The position numbers and the translations under genes are program-made. From the NCBI GenBank assembly GCA_030704615.1, contig CM060731.1, positions 72,726,001 to 72,790,000 on the forward strand: 64,000 nucleotides of DNA, read 5' to 3'. Under the pieces are notes generated by a model. It did no database searches and was not told the origin of the DNA. It saw only the letters and a program-made list of their open reading frames with translations. This DNA is from Takakia lepidozioides (taxonomy: Eukaryota; Plantae; Bryophyta). Position 1 is the stretch's first letter, and each line of letters opens with the position of its first letter. Of this stretch, positions 1-13,340 are shown piece after piece.

Positions 1-720
1 TAAGGATAACATCCTAACCCGTACTGGTTGTCCTTTGGAATTTGTGAGTGAACAGGGAACTCATTTCATGAATGTCATAATCAAAACCCTGACAAGAGAG
101 TTCATGATAGTACACCATAAGAGCACACGTTACTATCCACAGGGTAATGGGCAGGCAGAATCCACGAATAAGATCCTCTGCACTATCTTAACTAAGATAG
201 CGGGGGCCAATCAAACTGATTGGGACAAGAAGTTATTCACAGCATTATGGTCTTATCGCACTTCATATAAAGTGACTATGAGGCATACACCTCTCCAACT
301 GGTTTATGGAGTAGAAGCATTACTCCCCATAGAATTCCAGATACCCACACTAAGGACGAGAGGAATGCAGCGATGGGGGTTGGAAGAATCCATAAGATTG
401 AGGGAACAAGAACTCTTCAATTTGGAAGAAGTATGAACAGATGCAGCAGATAATATGCTCCGAATACAAAATCAGAGGAAGTTCAGGTCCATGGAGGGGA
501 GCATTGCTATCCATTAAGCGAGTAGAGTTTGAAGGCTGGGAGGAAAGAAAAGTGAATGTTTATACTCATATGCATGAAGTCAAAGAATTTAAAGAAGGAG
601 ATTTGGTGCTTAAGCTGAAAATGCCATGGCAGGGACAGTTCCAGATCAAGAAGGTCTATGGGAATGGAACGGTCGATCTGCAGACACTGGAAGAGGAAGA
701 GGTAGCACGGGTGATAATAA
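1..720 (+). mobile_element. Degenerate Ty3/Gypsy integrase fragment (rve core and C-terminal region), truncated by window start
   Basis: ORF 35-436 has SEQGTHF...YYPQGNGQAESTNK...WDKKLFTALWSYRT (integrase core). ORF 441-~720 has FKEGDLVLK...PWQGQFQIKKVYGNGTV (GPF/GPY-like). Stops and frame breaks are present. Confidence 0.85.
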
Positions 721-1559
721 CAAGCTCAGGGGCTATCGTGGTTACCACAGGGAAAACTCTCAAACACGACCTTTTCATTCTGCAGGATGCACGGGAAAAA
801 GACAATGAACTTGGGGAACGGACAAAGGTTAGATCAGGGATTATATGTTCTATGCAAGACTGCAAGGTAAGTGAGGGCTACCCTGATGTGCTAGCTGAGT
901 ATGCGGCTATATACATCAAAGAGGCATACATCACTAACGCTCATTTACCATATCTCAACGATGTTAAGAAACATACTGTGTTGGGGGATGTGGTAGGAAG
1001 CACCACACTTTGGAATTTGAAGCTACTGAGACATGAGGTTTAGGAAGTTCTACTCCTTTGTTTGTCAATAAAGCCCTTACTTCTAGCAGTAATCTGTTGA
1101 ATCTAGTTTTTTCCAGGTAAGTGTTTAGCGACATTATGATTGAACAATGAAGCATATTTTGTGAATTTATATACAAAGGCTGGTTCGAACACCACATGAA
1201 TGTGTGTGTTGTGATTGTGATGTTGTTGTTTCTATGGATGGCATGTTTGATTGTAGTTGTCTTTTAGACTGTATGATATTGGTGCTTCTGTCAGTCTGTG
1301 CAACAGGGTTGGTGGTAGAATCTTTCTTTGTCACACTTTGCAACTGCTAGCAGGGTTGGGGGTCCACTCTTTGGTCATTGGAAGATTAATGCAGGCTCTC
1401 CTTCCCTGCAGAGGGATTGTGTCTTGATATAGAGGGCCAATTGCTTTGCCAATTGTTGTGCTTATGAGAGCTCCACATGGTTTGTTTAAATTTCATATTA
1501 ATTTACTTCATTTACTATTTAAATTAGTCATTTGAAATTGAATAATATATAACAAATTT

Positions 1560-2238
1560 TAAAATCTACATGACCTACACGTGTCATTCACACATACTCC
1601 AACAAGACCACGTGGCATCTGTAGTGTTGTAATGATATAGTCACACCCATAGTAATGTAGTCATACATGTATTCAGGAAATGTGCCACATGTCATCGTCA
1701 GCGATGTACTGAGTAGTTATGTAGTCATCAGTGTAGTCACACAATGTAGTCATGTAGTCATAAAGTTACGCCTACATCACTATACTCCATCCCACGATTT
1801 GGACACGTGTCATAGCAGAGGGATTACGTGTGTCACGCAGACAACTATCCATGTAGGCGGACTTCTGTAGTAGTTATCATGTTAGTCATGACATGTAGTC
1901 GTGTAGTCGTGTAGTCCACTGTACCATATGGTCACACATGTCAAATCCCAAGGATCCCACGTGTCACGCACAAGCCTCTCCATGTAGGCGCAATGTTGTA
2001 GTGATATAGTCATAACTTACAGTCGTGTAGTTATTTCTGTTATGACTACATCACCAAACCCTGCATCATTATCCCATGCCACATCCTCAGTGACGACCAT
2101 GACTTCGCACTTATCACTCCGTAGTCATGGTAGAACTGACTTCGTGTTTGTCACTGTAGAGTGAGGTAGTCGTAAAAGCACTTATCACTGCAAATACAGT
2201 GATATCCGTAGTCATAAAAATGTTAATCTATACTAGGG
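1560..2238 (+). mobile_element. CACTA (En/Spm) element end with subterminal GTAGTCAT repeats and degenerate TIR
   Basis: Dense GTAGTC(A/G)T / ATGACTAC motifs. The terminal ccgtagtcataaaaatgttaatctatactaggg (to 2238) matches the ...aaaacgttaatctgtagtagtg end at 31789. Followed by ATA. Confidence 0.75.
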
Positions 2239-2387
2239 ATAGGAACTAGTGTGTTAAGTTGAGTTGGGTGTTTCCTAGAACAAATCTAGGCTGTCATTGT
2301 CAGCTGCTAGCAGCAATGCAAGGATGTATGCATGATTTGTGCAGAGGCGCGGATAGCTGAAGGAGCAGGGATAGAGTGTGGGTCCAG

Positions 2388-3555
2388 TTTCATCCAAAAG
2401 GACCGGACTTCAAGCTCCGGATTACCTGTGGATCAATAACTACAAGAAACTTGCAGGGATAGATGATCAACTGAATGCAACAACTGCAGCAGCACAATTG
2501 ATGAAATCAGGCACCTCAACCATGACCACAGCTTCTGAAAGAGGATCAAGAGAGGGAGTCCACAATACCTCTTCTGGCACTTCTGGGCATGTGAAGATAC
2601 TTCGTGCGGCAGGCAGACTGGCAGAGGCTCTACAGACTATAAACCAAGAGGCAGATTCAGATACGTATGTATGTCTCTTGCTTAAGTGCATCAAGATGGG
2701 AGGTCTGGAAGCTGGAAAGCAGGTGCACACTCACATTATCCAAAGTGGATTCACGTCAATTTTTTTTCTACTCAACTCCCTTGTCAACATGTATGTTAAG
2801 TGCGGGAGCATCATGGATGCTCACCAAATGTTCAACAGAATGCCTCAACGATGTTTGATCATGTGGAACATAATGTTGGCAGGATTTACCAAGCACGGGT
2901 GTGGTAGGAATGCTTTGGAGACCTATGAGCAAATGCTGCGCGAAAGGGTGAAGCCCAATCACATCACATTTTTTTGTTTTTACAATGTGCAAGCCAGGGA
3001 ACTCTGGAAAAGGGGAAAGAAATCCATGGTGACATCGTCAAAGCTGGAATTGTACCAGATGTCATTCTGAAAACTGCTCTGGTGGACATGTATGCCAAAT
3101 GTGGGTGCATTAAGGATGCGAAGGGAGTTTTCAGCACTATGGCTGAACGAGATGTGGTGCCATTGGACGCGATGCTTGCAGGGTATGCAGAGCCGGGACG
3201 TGGTATGGAGGCTTTGGAGACTTATGAACAAATGATGGGAGAAGGATGAAGCCCGACCACATCACGTTTGGGTGCGTTTGCAATGCGTGTGCAAGCCTGG
3301 CAGCTCTGGAAAGGGGCAAAGAGGTCCATGGTGACATTGTCAGAGCTGCAATTGTACCAAATGTCATTTTGAACAATACCCCCATGGACATGTATGAAGG
3401 GAGTGTCCGTTAGTATGGCTGAACGAGATGTGGTGTCGTGGAGTGTGATGATTGCAAGATATGCACAACAAGGTCTCGGGATGGAGGCTTTGGAGACCTA
3501 TGAGCAAATGATGTGCGAAGGGGGTGAAGCCCAACCACATGACGTTTGTTTGCAA
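2388..3555 (+). pseudogene. PLS-class PPR pseudogene with the second half of an OSB-type PDF motif at its start
   Basis: After cag (2385-2387): FHPKGPDFKLRIT, then frameshift to LWINNYKK. Then PPR motifs LNSLVNMYVKCGSIMDA, TALVDMYAKCGCIKDA, DVVSWSVMI. Several frameshifts and stops; truncated at ~3555. Confidence 0.85.
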
Positions 3556-4300
3556 CTTGGTCTCCCACCTTAAACTGTCATCCCAGCATCCACCAGCAAA
3601 AACAATGAGTGAAAATACCATGCACGCTAGACTACGGAGGTCCAAGCATTATAGTACTTAAGTACCGGGAGGGGGGCTGCAACTATTAATAGGGATGGAT
3701 GGAGGGAGGGGAGGGAGGAACGGTAGGTAGGAAGGTCTATAGCCAATAAGTTGCAGCAAACAACATACATAGTCACACACACACATTTCAATTTCGTTCT
3801 TTCTACCTATCTACCCAAAAGGCTATGCCAAACACAAGGTCTTATGAGTACTTTCTGTACCTACCCTTGGCAATAAACTGAAGTAAATCCCTCACAATGG
3901 TCTCCCACTGGATGCGGAGTCTATGACCACAAGGATACAACAAATGTGAAGGACGGTAGTCTACACTCCAGTGGCCACATAAACAAAATTGGAAAAGAAG
4001 GTCATGGACTTACACCAAGCTGACTTTCAGGCGGCTGCGAGAACTGCTTGAGAGGGCTACTTTCCAGCTCCTCTGCTGACTTGTTGACAACATGGAGCCG
4101 CTTCATCATAGGTCCCTATATCACAAACCATTACAATTTCTTCAGTGGCATTACAACCTGAAATACACTAGTTACATAGCTCACTCAAGAGAAACCCACT
4201 GCTCATGCAATTCACAAGCAACCCAAGAATTCCAAATGTGGACTAGACTTACATTACATTGTTGTACCTTCTGACGATTACACTGAGCAAAATTATAGGG

Positions 4301-5245
4301 CTATTGTCCAAAGAGAGGCTCAGACTTCAGAAACTGTGGAATACTAGGAATCTTGCTTGCCCTCTCCAAGAACGGCCACAACACATCGAGTAGATAGCCA
4401 TCTTTTGGCCCTGATGATCGCATTTTCCATGGCTCCGGATATATCCCACTAAATGGAGGATTGTTTGATGCCTTTCTTGGTGTGTCATCAACAAGAAGAG
4501 TGTCTTCAGGACCCCATTTTGGCCACTCTTCCCACACTCTTGATAGGTTCTTCAAATATATGGGCTTTGCATCAGCCCCCCTAGCCAATGGGTCAGTAAG
4601 CTCTTCATAGTATAGGGCATCCCACTGGAAAATAAGATTAGTGTGCCCTTTGAAAATAAAGTCCACCATCGGAATGAAGTTGCGAGCTTTGCAGCAAGAC
4701 CACACTGCCACCTCAAAGTGTGCAAAACACTTTTGCAAAAAAGAAATACAGCTGGGTCTCAAAACTACCATTTTCATCCCACACAACTTCCCCACAAATC
4801 CTTTGGGAACAGTTGTTGGACCACTAGTATCAAAAAGATTGGCGGAGCGGTTTGAGACCGTAACTGGCGATCAATCTCAACTCTCCCCTAACCCTATCAC
4901 CAATGATGATTTGCATCTGTCCAAGCAGTTCGCCATAGGGAAGGTAGGCACTGAGACAACAATTTCAAGTCAGTCTGCCTCTGGTACAAAGGAAGCTACT
5001 GATCATGATGCCCGTGATATGTCTGAGAAGCCTGGTACACCGGATTCAGGTATGCATGATTCCTTGGGGAATTCACATGGGGAGGATGGGACAGATGCTA
5101 CGGCATTCAATTGGTTGTGCATCCCACTGGGGCTGATATGTTTCAGCCAGGTGAGCGTTTACAGTCTCCCCCACCTCGCAAGCACTTGCTAGTTTTGGAT
5201 GTGAATGGATTGCTCTGTGAATCCACCAGAACCATTCATGCCAAA
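4301..5245. pseudogene. FCP1/NIF-like HAD phosphatase domain split across both strands by an internal inversion
   Basis: The minus ORF 4301-4795 has LRPSCISFLQKCFAHFEVAVWS...YLKNLSRVW...TLLVDDTPRKASNNP. The motif-I part RKHLLVLDVNGLL is on the plus strand at ~5177-5245. Confidence 0.8.
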
Positions 5246-8200
5246 TGTCACTGGACCTGCCAGGGGGACATTAACCCCCAATTTGAGCATCATTGCCTTA
5301 TGAGAGTCCATCATGTTCTGCATCCATGATTTCATCTCTAGCATATCAGACCCTTGAGCCTCGACTTGTTTTTCCATTGCATCCACATTTCCGACTATGG
5401 CAGAATACGCTACACTCGCTTCCTACCATATAGACAGAAATGCATAAGACAACATGTTCCAGCAAGTTTTTTTCCACCTGCCAATATTTGAGCACAACAT
5501 CAAGCACCTTACCTATCAATCCATATTGGGTGATCATACCAACCAGACACATATTCATCAAACACTGGCAACCATGACTACAACATGTTCACCTGTACAA
5601 AAATACTGGTCCCACTTTTGTTCTAGCAAAGCAGTAAATTCAGGCATAGGTCCTTCTACCACACATGCAGTCCTAGGGATACAATGATCACACGCAGCAA
5701 CTTCTGAAGTAAAATGTGTTAACCCTCTACTAAACCCCTTGATGGACTTAGACCTGGCCAGACAGGGCCGTCCTAGGGATACAATGTTGGCTTATAGTGA
5801 AAATCAACAAACCCAAACCCAACAGATCTCAGTCCAAACCAAGAAGTGGTTAGAGGTACCAAACTCAGTTTTGTCAATCAACACACTGGCACTCTTATAA
5901 GTACATATATTCTTTCAACACTTAAATCATTCACTCATAACTTGAGCAACCAGACGTGCTATAATACACAAGGCACACATGTACTGAAAGCACATGGTTG
6001 TTGAGTCTCACTTACCCGCCTATCACTCCCAGCTGACTTCCTTGAGACAGAGTATTCTTGTATGTCAGCCAACGTAGGGGGGCACCTGGTTTCTCTTTCC
6101 TACATATGAACCCAACATAACAAACAATATGAAGCCAATGTGCAATTTGTACTCAATGGCTCAACCATACAAAACCATAACAAAACCACTGAAGATAATG
6201 CAACGTCAAGATTGAACAATCATGTCAGCACAGAAATGATTTTATACTAAAGCTCAGCTCCAAAATTGCTTGAAATACTGAACCATAAGCCAACCAGCAT
6301 TAAAGATTGGCATTCATAGAATGTATTGAGAGGAGTACAGTGAGAAAGCTCATGAGGGTTCTTACTAAGCATGCCTCCATGCTGTCCTTCCCTCCCCGGC
6401 CCGTTTTGGTGTGATGCAGGCATTTGCCGTCTTCAAGTGAGTCTGCACTTTGGAGTACTGTTCTGTACTCCAATAGGAGGTGAGGCTCTTCCAATGCTCA
6501 TCAGACACGTCCATGGGTTCCCCCCCACCTTTCTGCCATTCCTTGTGCAAGTCATGTCGTCGGGACTTGATCATAATTGTGCCTATTGTGTTTCGCAACG
6601 CAATATCATCCAAGTCACGTTGGACATATTCAAATAGCTTGGCCAGGATTTCCTTGAGCTCTTCAATGATCTCATCAGGCTGATAGTTGATGGCTATAGA
6701 AGGATCACAGATACGATGAACGTGACCTTTGAGGGCCGCATGCCAAACATTCCTCGTTTGACCAACTGGTTTTCCTGCCTTGTTCACAACAACTACAGTT
6801 GCAGGAAGACCTTATGCCTCTATTTCTTCCTTCACTTTATATGCCACGGCCTTCACAGCATAATTTGCTCGTCTCAAGGCATTGGTTCCGTCAGCCTTTG
6901 ATTGAACCACATCCCCTGCAGGTTGAACCATTGGCACCTGTGCGGGAACGTTGAAGGGTTGATTCGGCTAGCTACCCATCGGTGGCCATGGTGGTTGGGA
7001 ACCACTCGAGGATCCATAGTGGTCATATGGGACCTGTGCATACGGCGGAGGATATTCAGGTGGCCTGCCACCTCCATAAGGAGGAGGAGGTGGGCGATAT
7101 GGAGGAGGAGCATAAGGGCCATAATGGCCGGCTGCATAATTGTGTTGGGGGGCCGTTGCGTACTGACCCTCCACATTGCCAGTGGGTGGATGCTGGTTGG
7201 GAGCCGGGTACTGAGGCATAGAGTGATATTGAGAGCCTGGTACTGGTGGCTGAGTATGGAAAACCTGGGGGGACTGAGGGCCGACTCCTGTGGCATTTTT
7301 CTGCTTTTCTGCTTCTGTTTTTGTTTGCCCTGGGTTTCCATACATGAAACACAATGCCAAGTAAATCCAACTACAAGGACCACACCATATCATGACATAA
7401 AGGTGTCATAAAGTATAAACAGTACGCATGATTTGTACAGGTCTGATTACCCAGAAATCAGACAGATCTTGGCTAGAAAATCGGCCAAATTGGATTGGCT
7501 TCAATGATGTGTGCCCAAGACTTTTCCGACCCCTTTTATGTATGGGTTTTGCCTGAAATCCATACCAAACATGCAGTAGGGAGGGGCATACCTGAAAGCT
7601 GTGAGAAAAGATGGAATGTGCTCAACATACGAGACCTACTGCTTACAAAGTTGTAAATAGTGCTATGGAATATGGGGGCCACATGCACATGGGCAATGTG
7701 CAGCTCCTCCACTCAGAAAATGGACAGACAGAAATGCACAAGCTGAATCTAGACAGAGAATGTGTTTATGACAGCACACCCCCTTCGAAACCAAACATGC
7801 AAATGAGGGACAGACCTACAAAGCACGGAAGAGACAGAACAGAAAGAAGAAGAATATTGACACGCAATTAAATCTGCCAAGTATTTAGACAATCCCTCCC
7901 CGGATCATGGCCCCTAATGAAGTCCGCATGATACTATTCGGCACTCATGAGGTTGTGCTCACCTTCGGAATAAGTGGTGAGAGACTACAAATATGCCCAT
8001 AAAATGCACTCACAGATAGAGACGGTGTGCCTGCACCACGTTTTTTCCCTGCGTGCACCACTGTGTCTGCATCTGCGTCCTCCGACATGGAGTCGGCTGA
8101 ATCCCCAATCCCTTCCTATACTGCTCCCTTTTGTGGTGGGGGGTAAGGATTGTCGTCGTCTATGTCAAAAATTACTTTGGGCTTGGCAGTTGTTCGAGTC

Positions 8201-8761
8201 ATGGTGACGAGTTGGGCACTTCGTCTTGCCGGACCTTTGATAGGAGCTCCACAAGATCGTGCCTTCCGACGCGGTTTCACACCCGTAATCCCGCAAAAAT
8301 ACTTCCATTGCGGCCCACAGGTTACTTGACTATCTCCCCTCTTAAACGACTAACACAAGACAAATGCAGCTCATACCCTAATGTTCATAAAGGGAAAATG
8401 ATGAAGTGCCTTACCGCTGTCCCAATGGCTGCCCGTCAAATGCGGTTCACTCCCGCCTACTGCTATGAATGCACTCCTATACCCTAAACTACACTCAACT
8501 TGCACTTTTCAAGCCTTTTCTACATTCACACCAACAACGCCGCCTCTCGATCACACCTCATCTACTGTGCAAATGGGAAGAGATCACACTGTTAGCTACC
8601 ATGCATGCATTGTCAAAGGATTGGGTCACTGAACTGTTCGATCCTTACCTTTCGAAGTCCTGCTTCAACTTTGCCGTGGCATCCTTCACGATGGCAATGT
8701 TAGCCTCACGTAGCTTCTCGTACTCAGTGAGAGGAGCAATGACAACCTTGGACTTCACCAT
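5246..8761 (-). mobile_element. CACTA TnpA-like multi-exon gene (Ptta/En/Spm transposase_24-like domain), degenerate
   Basis: ORF 6365-6787 has PMDVSDEHWKSLTSYWSTEQYSK..LKTANA (Ptta-like). There is a Pro/Tyr-rich exon at 6968-7393, a coiled-coil exon at 5246-5386, and a probable first exon MVKSKVVIAPLTEYEKLREANI at 8761-8650 ending in a gtaagg donor. Exon linkage is inferred. Confidence 0.65.
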
Positions 8762-8872
8762 GAATGATCATGCAGCTCACTAGCACACACCGCAAGAGGT
8801 AGATATATTGTAGAGAGAGCACTGAGGACACAAAGTTGCAGAGGCTCTACATGGCATTGCATACTACGAGCT

Positions 8873-11800
8873 ATGAACGTTCAACGTCTGTTCGGCCGTC
8901 ATGGTGCATATGAGCCACGCATGCGATTACGAGATGACAAACTATGGCGACTCGAGGAGGCGTACGCCATATCAAATGGGAACAAGAAAATGCTTTGCAA
9001 TTGCACTGAATGTCATGGATCCAAATGGCAGTTGTTGGAGACAATGAAGAAGCACTACCTCAAACATAAGAGGGATCCAACTTTGCGCAGCTGTACTATT
9101 CCGGTACATCCACATGAAGTACACTGTCCTTCAGGACTTAGCAATCTCCAAGTTTGAATTTGAAACCATTTTGGTGTGGTAGTAGTAGCCATGACTTCAC
9201 CACTCCACATGTCGAAAGTTGATTGGCGAGTTGTAGTCATGTAGTTGTGTCTATGACTGCCCTTTATACACATGTCGATATGTCGTTGGCTAGTTGTAGT
9301 CGTGTAGTCATAAACACATATAGGAACATGACTACGTCACTAGAACTATCTGCCATGTGTCACAATGTCGTTGCTCAAATCGAAGTGATGTAGTGATAGC
9401 CGTGACTACATTTGTCCACATGTCATAATCTACATATATTGTGAATGAACCGTGGGAAACACGGGATGCAGAGACATGCTGATTCTGATGACGAGGAGGA
9501 TCGGGCTGAGTTTGGGCAGGGGCCTAATGAAAGGGAGAACAATACGGATCATGAAGGTGGCGTGGAGGCAGAAATTCAACGAGCATTGCAGGAAGCTTTT
9601 GAGTTTGCGGATGCAAACAGGGAAGATCCGATTAATGGTGGAACTCGGGCCGAAGACAGCCCCAACGAAGAAGAATCCATGGACAATGCAAAGAATGCAG
9701 AGAATGGCCCAAACCTGAGTCAGGAGTTGACCCCAACTACGATACGCTATTTCGACAATCTCAGTGTAAACTCTACGAAGGGAGCTCGATCAGCCGATTT
9801 GAAGCTACTTTGCACTTGCTCAACTTGTGCACCACCCACAAGTGCACCAATGGCTTTGTGGATAAGCTTCTTGGATTGTTGCACAAAAGTTTTTTGCCGA
9901 AACAGAATTCTCTGCCGAAAACTAATTATGAAGCTAGAACTATGATTGCGAAGATGGGATTGCAGTACACCCAGATCCATGCCTGTGAGAAAGGCTGTGT
10001 ACTCTTCCGTGGGGAGAATGAAAAAGCAGAATTTTGCCCGGAGTGCAAGACATCGCGTTACATTCTTGGTCGTGGGACTGTACCCAGAAAAACACATTTC
10101 CCTGTCATCCCAAGGTTGAAACGCATGTATCGATGCAAATCAATCGCGCACCTTATGACATGGCACTTTAGACATAAGAGTCAGGATGGATTGGTTCGAC
10201 ATCCAGCTGATATCAAAGCCTGGGCCCACGTTGACTCCACATTTGCGGATTTTGCTTCAGAACCACGAAATGTACGATTTGGATTAGCCTTAGATGGAGT
10301 AAATCCATACAATGCTCAATCCACGAGTTGGAGCACATGGCCCATCCTGTTGGTCAACTATAATTTGCCTCCATGGTTGATGACAAAGAAGTTTTTTGTC
10401 ATGTTAGCACTCCTTATCCCTGGAAAGGAGTCTGTTACATCTGCGAACATTGATGTGTATTTGATGCCCCTAGTAGAGGAGCTACAGGAATTGTGGAGAG
10501 GCATCATAGCAATTACGATGTTTCCCAAGCTCTCCAACAACGCCAATTCTTGCTACGGGCATTACTGCTATGGTCAATCCATGAACACCCTGCATATGGC
10601 TTGCTCGTGGGTCAGGTTACTAAAGGTTATGCTGGTTGTCCAGCCTGTGGACCCGAGGTGGATTCACAGCATTTACATGCATGTTCGAAGACTGTGTTCC
10701 TGGGCCATCAGAGATTTCTTGCCCACAACCATCCGTATAGAAGATCAAGATTGTTCAATGGTGCTGTTGAGCATAGAGTGGCTCCACAAACGCAAACGGG
10801 AACACAAATAAAGAAATGTGCAATTGACCTGATTGCATGGATAGCGGCAGGGGGGAAACTAGATACGCCATCAGACCCTTCCAAATCTCACGGAGTGAAG
10901 CGATTATCAATTTTATATGCCTTGCCTTACTGGGAGGGCCTCCTCATACGACATACGTTTGATGCTATGCATTGCGAGAAGAACTTTGTAGAGAATATCA
11001 TTAAGACTATTTTTGGGGAGAAAGATACATTGAGGGTTCGGCGTGATCTTGAATTACTTGGGCTGCGTCCATCATTGTGGTTGCAACAACATCCAGATAG
11101 GGCAGATACGTTAATCATGCCTCCTGCTCCTTATGTTCTGACTGAAGCTGAGTTGAAAGTTTTCTTGGACACTGTGCGAAACCTTAAAGTACCCACAGGA
11201 TACGCATCAGCTTTCAAAAAACACGTGATAAAGAAAAAACTATCTGGCATGAAATCACATGATTACCATGTGTTCATGCACCAAATTTTACCGCTGGCTA
11301 TTTGTGGGCTCATGGCAACAGGTGTGCGCACTACAATTTTGCGAGTATGTCGTGTATTTAGGAGGTTGTGTGCAAAAGTAGTGAATCCTGCAGAGTTTGA
11401 GGAGTTGAAACATGAAGCAGTTGTTACACTCTGTCTAATGGAGAAAGAGTTCCCACCATCATTCTTTGATGTGATGACACATTTGCTTGTCCACCTAGTG
11501 GACGAGCTCGATTTATGTGGTCCTGTGGCATCACGTTGGATGTACCCCATGGAGCGGGCAATGAAAGAAATGAAGGGGTATGTCCGGAACATGGCAAAAC
11601 CCGAGGGCAGCATGGCTCAAGGATACATTTTTTATGAAGCTCTAGGATTTTGCACGGAGTATATGGCAGGATATGATGGAACCGCACGAAGGGTGTGGGA
11701 TGCAGATGAGGAAGAATCTGTGGCCGGTGTAGTTTTGGAAGGAGCCGGCAAACCTCGGAAATTGGGTGACTTGCATGCTATTGTACACGATTACATCATT

Positions 11801-12672
11801 CAAAATCATCCAAGCATATCCGATATGTTGAAGTAAGTCCACACCCTTTCAGATCTGAATATTTTGTTGATTTGATCTTTTTGTACTGCCCCATGCTTAG
11901 TCTGTGTTGGCTAAATAGCCTCGACATTTTGTGCCAGGAAATATGAAGAGGAGTCCACACAAATGGATGCTTGTCCTCTATTTGCTGCTTGGCTGCCAAA
12001 TGTATATGGGAACATCTATCTGGAATTCAAGAACATGTGCTTGAAGATGGCGTACGACAAGAATTACTGGATCTTTCAAGACCCCCATCATATTATGCCT
12101 TGACATACAAGAGTATGTCAGGATATGGCAACCATTACAGGGCTACATCCCCAGGCATGAACACATCGAGTATGGCATCCTTTGATTGTGGAGTCTCATC
12201 AATTTTCAAGCATGAGACGGAATCTGTACGGTATGTGGGTCTTATCAGGGAGATTTTGCAGATCGACTATGGCACTACACGGCCTGTAGTGTTTTTGTGC
12301 TCCTGGGTACGGGCCCAAAATGTGGGTCGTCAACCCAGATCAATGAAGGAAGATGATTGTGGCTTCACGTTGGTCAATTTCAATCAAATGCTACCACCCT
12401 CTGAACAGCCTTTTGTATTGCCAGTATAGGTTGATCAAGTCTTTTTCTCTGAGTGTGTGAAGGAATGACAATGGAAAGTTGTATTGGAGAAGAGCCCCCG
12501 ATCACGGAGAGTGGTGTGTGATATCTCAATTTCTATTGATGATCTGAGAAGAGTTGAAGGCTTGTTAGCTCCACAACAACTACAAGAGACATTGACTACT
12601 GGCCGAACTCACAACCGAATTCAGACAGTGACACCAGAGCAGCTAGCCTCATTGTACCGACCCCCATACTGA
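8873..12672 (+). mobile_element. CACTA TnpD/Tnp2-like transposase gene with introns, frameshifted
   Basis: Transposase-associated Zn motif (CNCTEC..KKHYL) at 8873-9100. Transposase_21 motifs IHACEKGCVLF, RHPADIKAW, EPRNVRFGLALDGVNP, YNLPPW. DUF4218-like DAMHCEKN, KSHDYH, FPPSFFDVMTHLLVHL, WMYPMER. DUF4216-like YVGLIREI..QPFVLP. Frameshifts at ~9780 and ~10500; stops near 12430. Confidence 0.92.
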
Positions 12673-13049
12673 CGACGCAAGGTACAACCCCCTGTTGTCC
12701 AGCAGGTCTGTCATAAAGACACAGATACCTCCACCGACGTTGAGGCTATGGTCAGTGATGATGACACAGATACCTCCATATTCACAGACACGGATTCAGT
12801 CGATGGCAATTAGATATGCTACCCTTGTGCATGTATTACATGTCATTCCAAATAAATGTACTCTTCTGTCCCCATGTAGTCACATTTTTTTGGGTACCAA
12901 CTGTCAATGAATATTGATATTCAAATATGCTCACAATTCCTCCATGCTATAAGCTGTTGTGATCAAGCACTAGTGGATTGGCCACTAGTAGGGCCATTTA
13001 TTCATATCCAGATTGTAAAACATTGGCACCCAGAAGTTGGGAAGTGACC

Positions 13050-13340
13050 CAGTCTGGCACTTCACCATTCTACACTTCTAATATCTTCCAGTGTGCAACT
13101 ATTAGCACTGATTTCATCACTGGCAACCTGCAGTAATATCCCTATAGCAAAAAAATCCCATACCCACATCCTTGGGCCTTTGTCTAGCATCAACTACAAC
13201 AACATATTGCCACATTTGGCATACATCTACGCCAGGGCAATATCCAGACTGATATTGGTACAATTCACGCTTTGATCCTGTCAATTCTTTGCCCCTTTGT
13301 AGAGTTGTAGACGGGGTGGCATGCATAGCAATATCTTGCA
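13050..13340 (-). pseudogene. Highly degraded PPR remnant
   Basis: The minus strand contains atgtatgccaaatgtggcaat (MYAKCGN) preceded by a LQRGKE-like motif. Confidence 0.5.

Noticed and set aside
6968-7393. Extensin or proline-rich cell-wall protein
   Set aside because: There is no signal peptide or SP4 repeats. It lies directly upstream of the Ptta domain on the same strand, so it is better read as a TnpA low-complexity exon.
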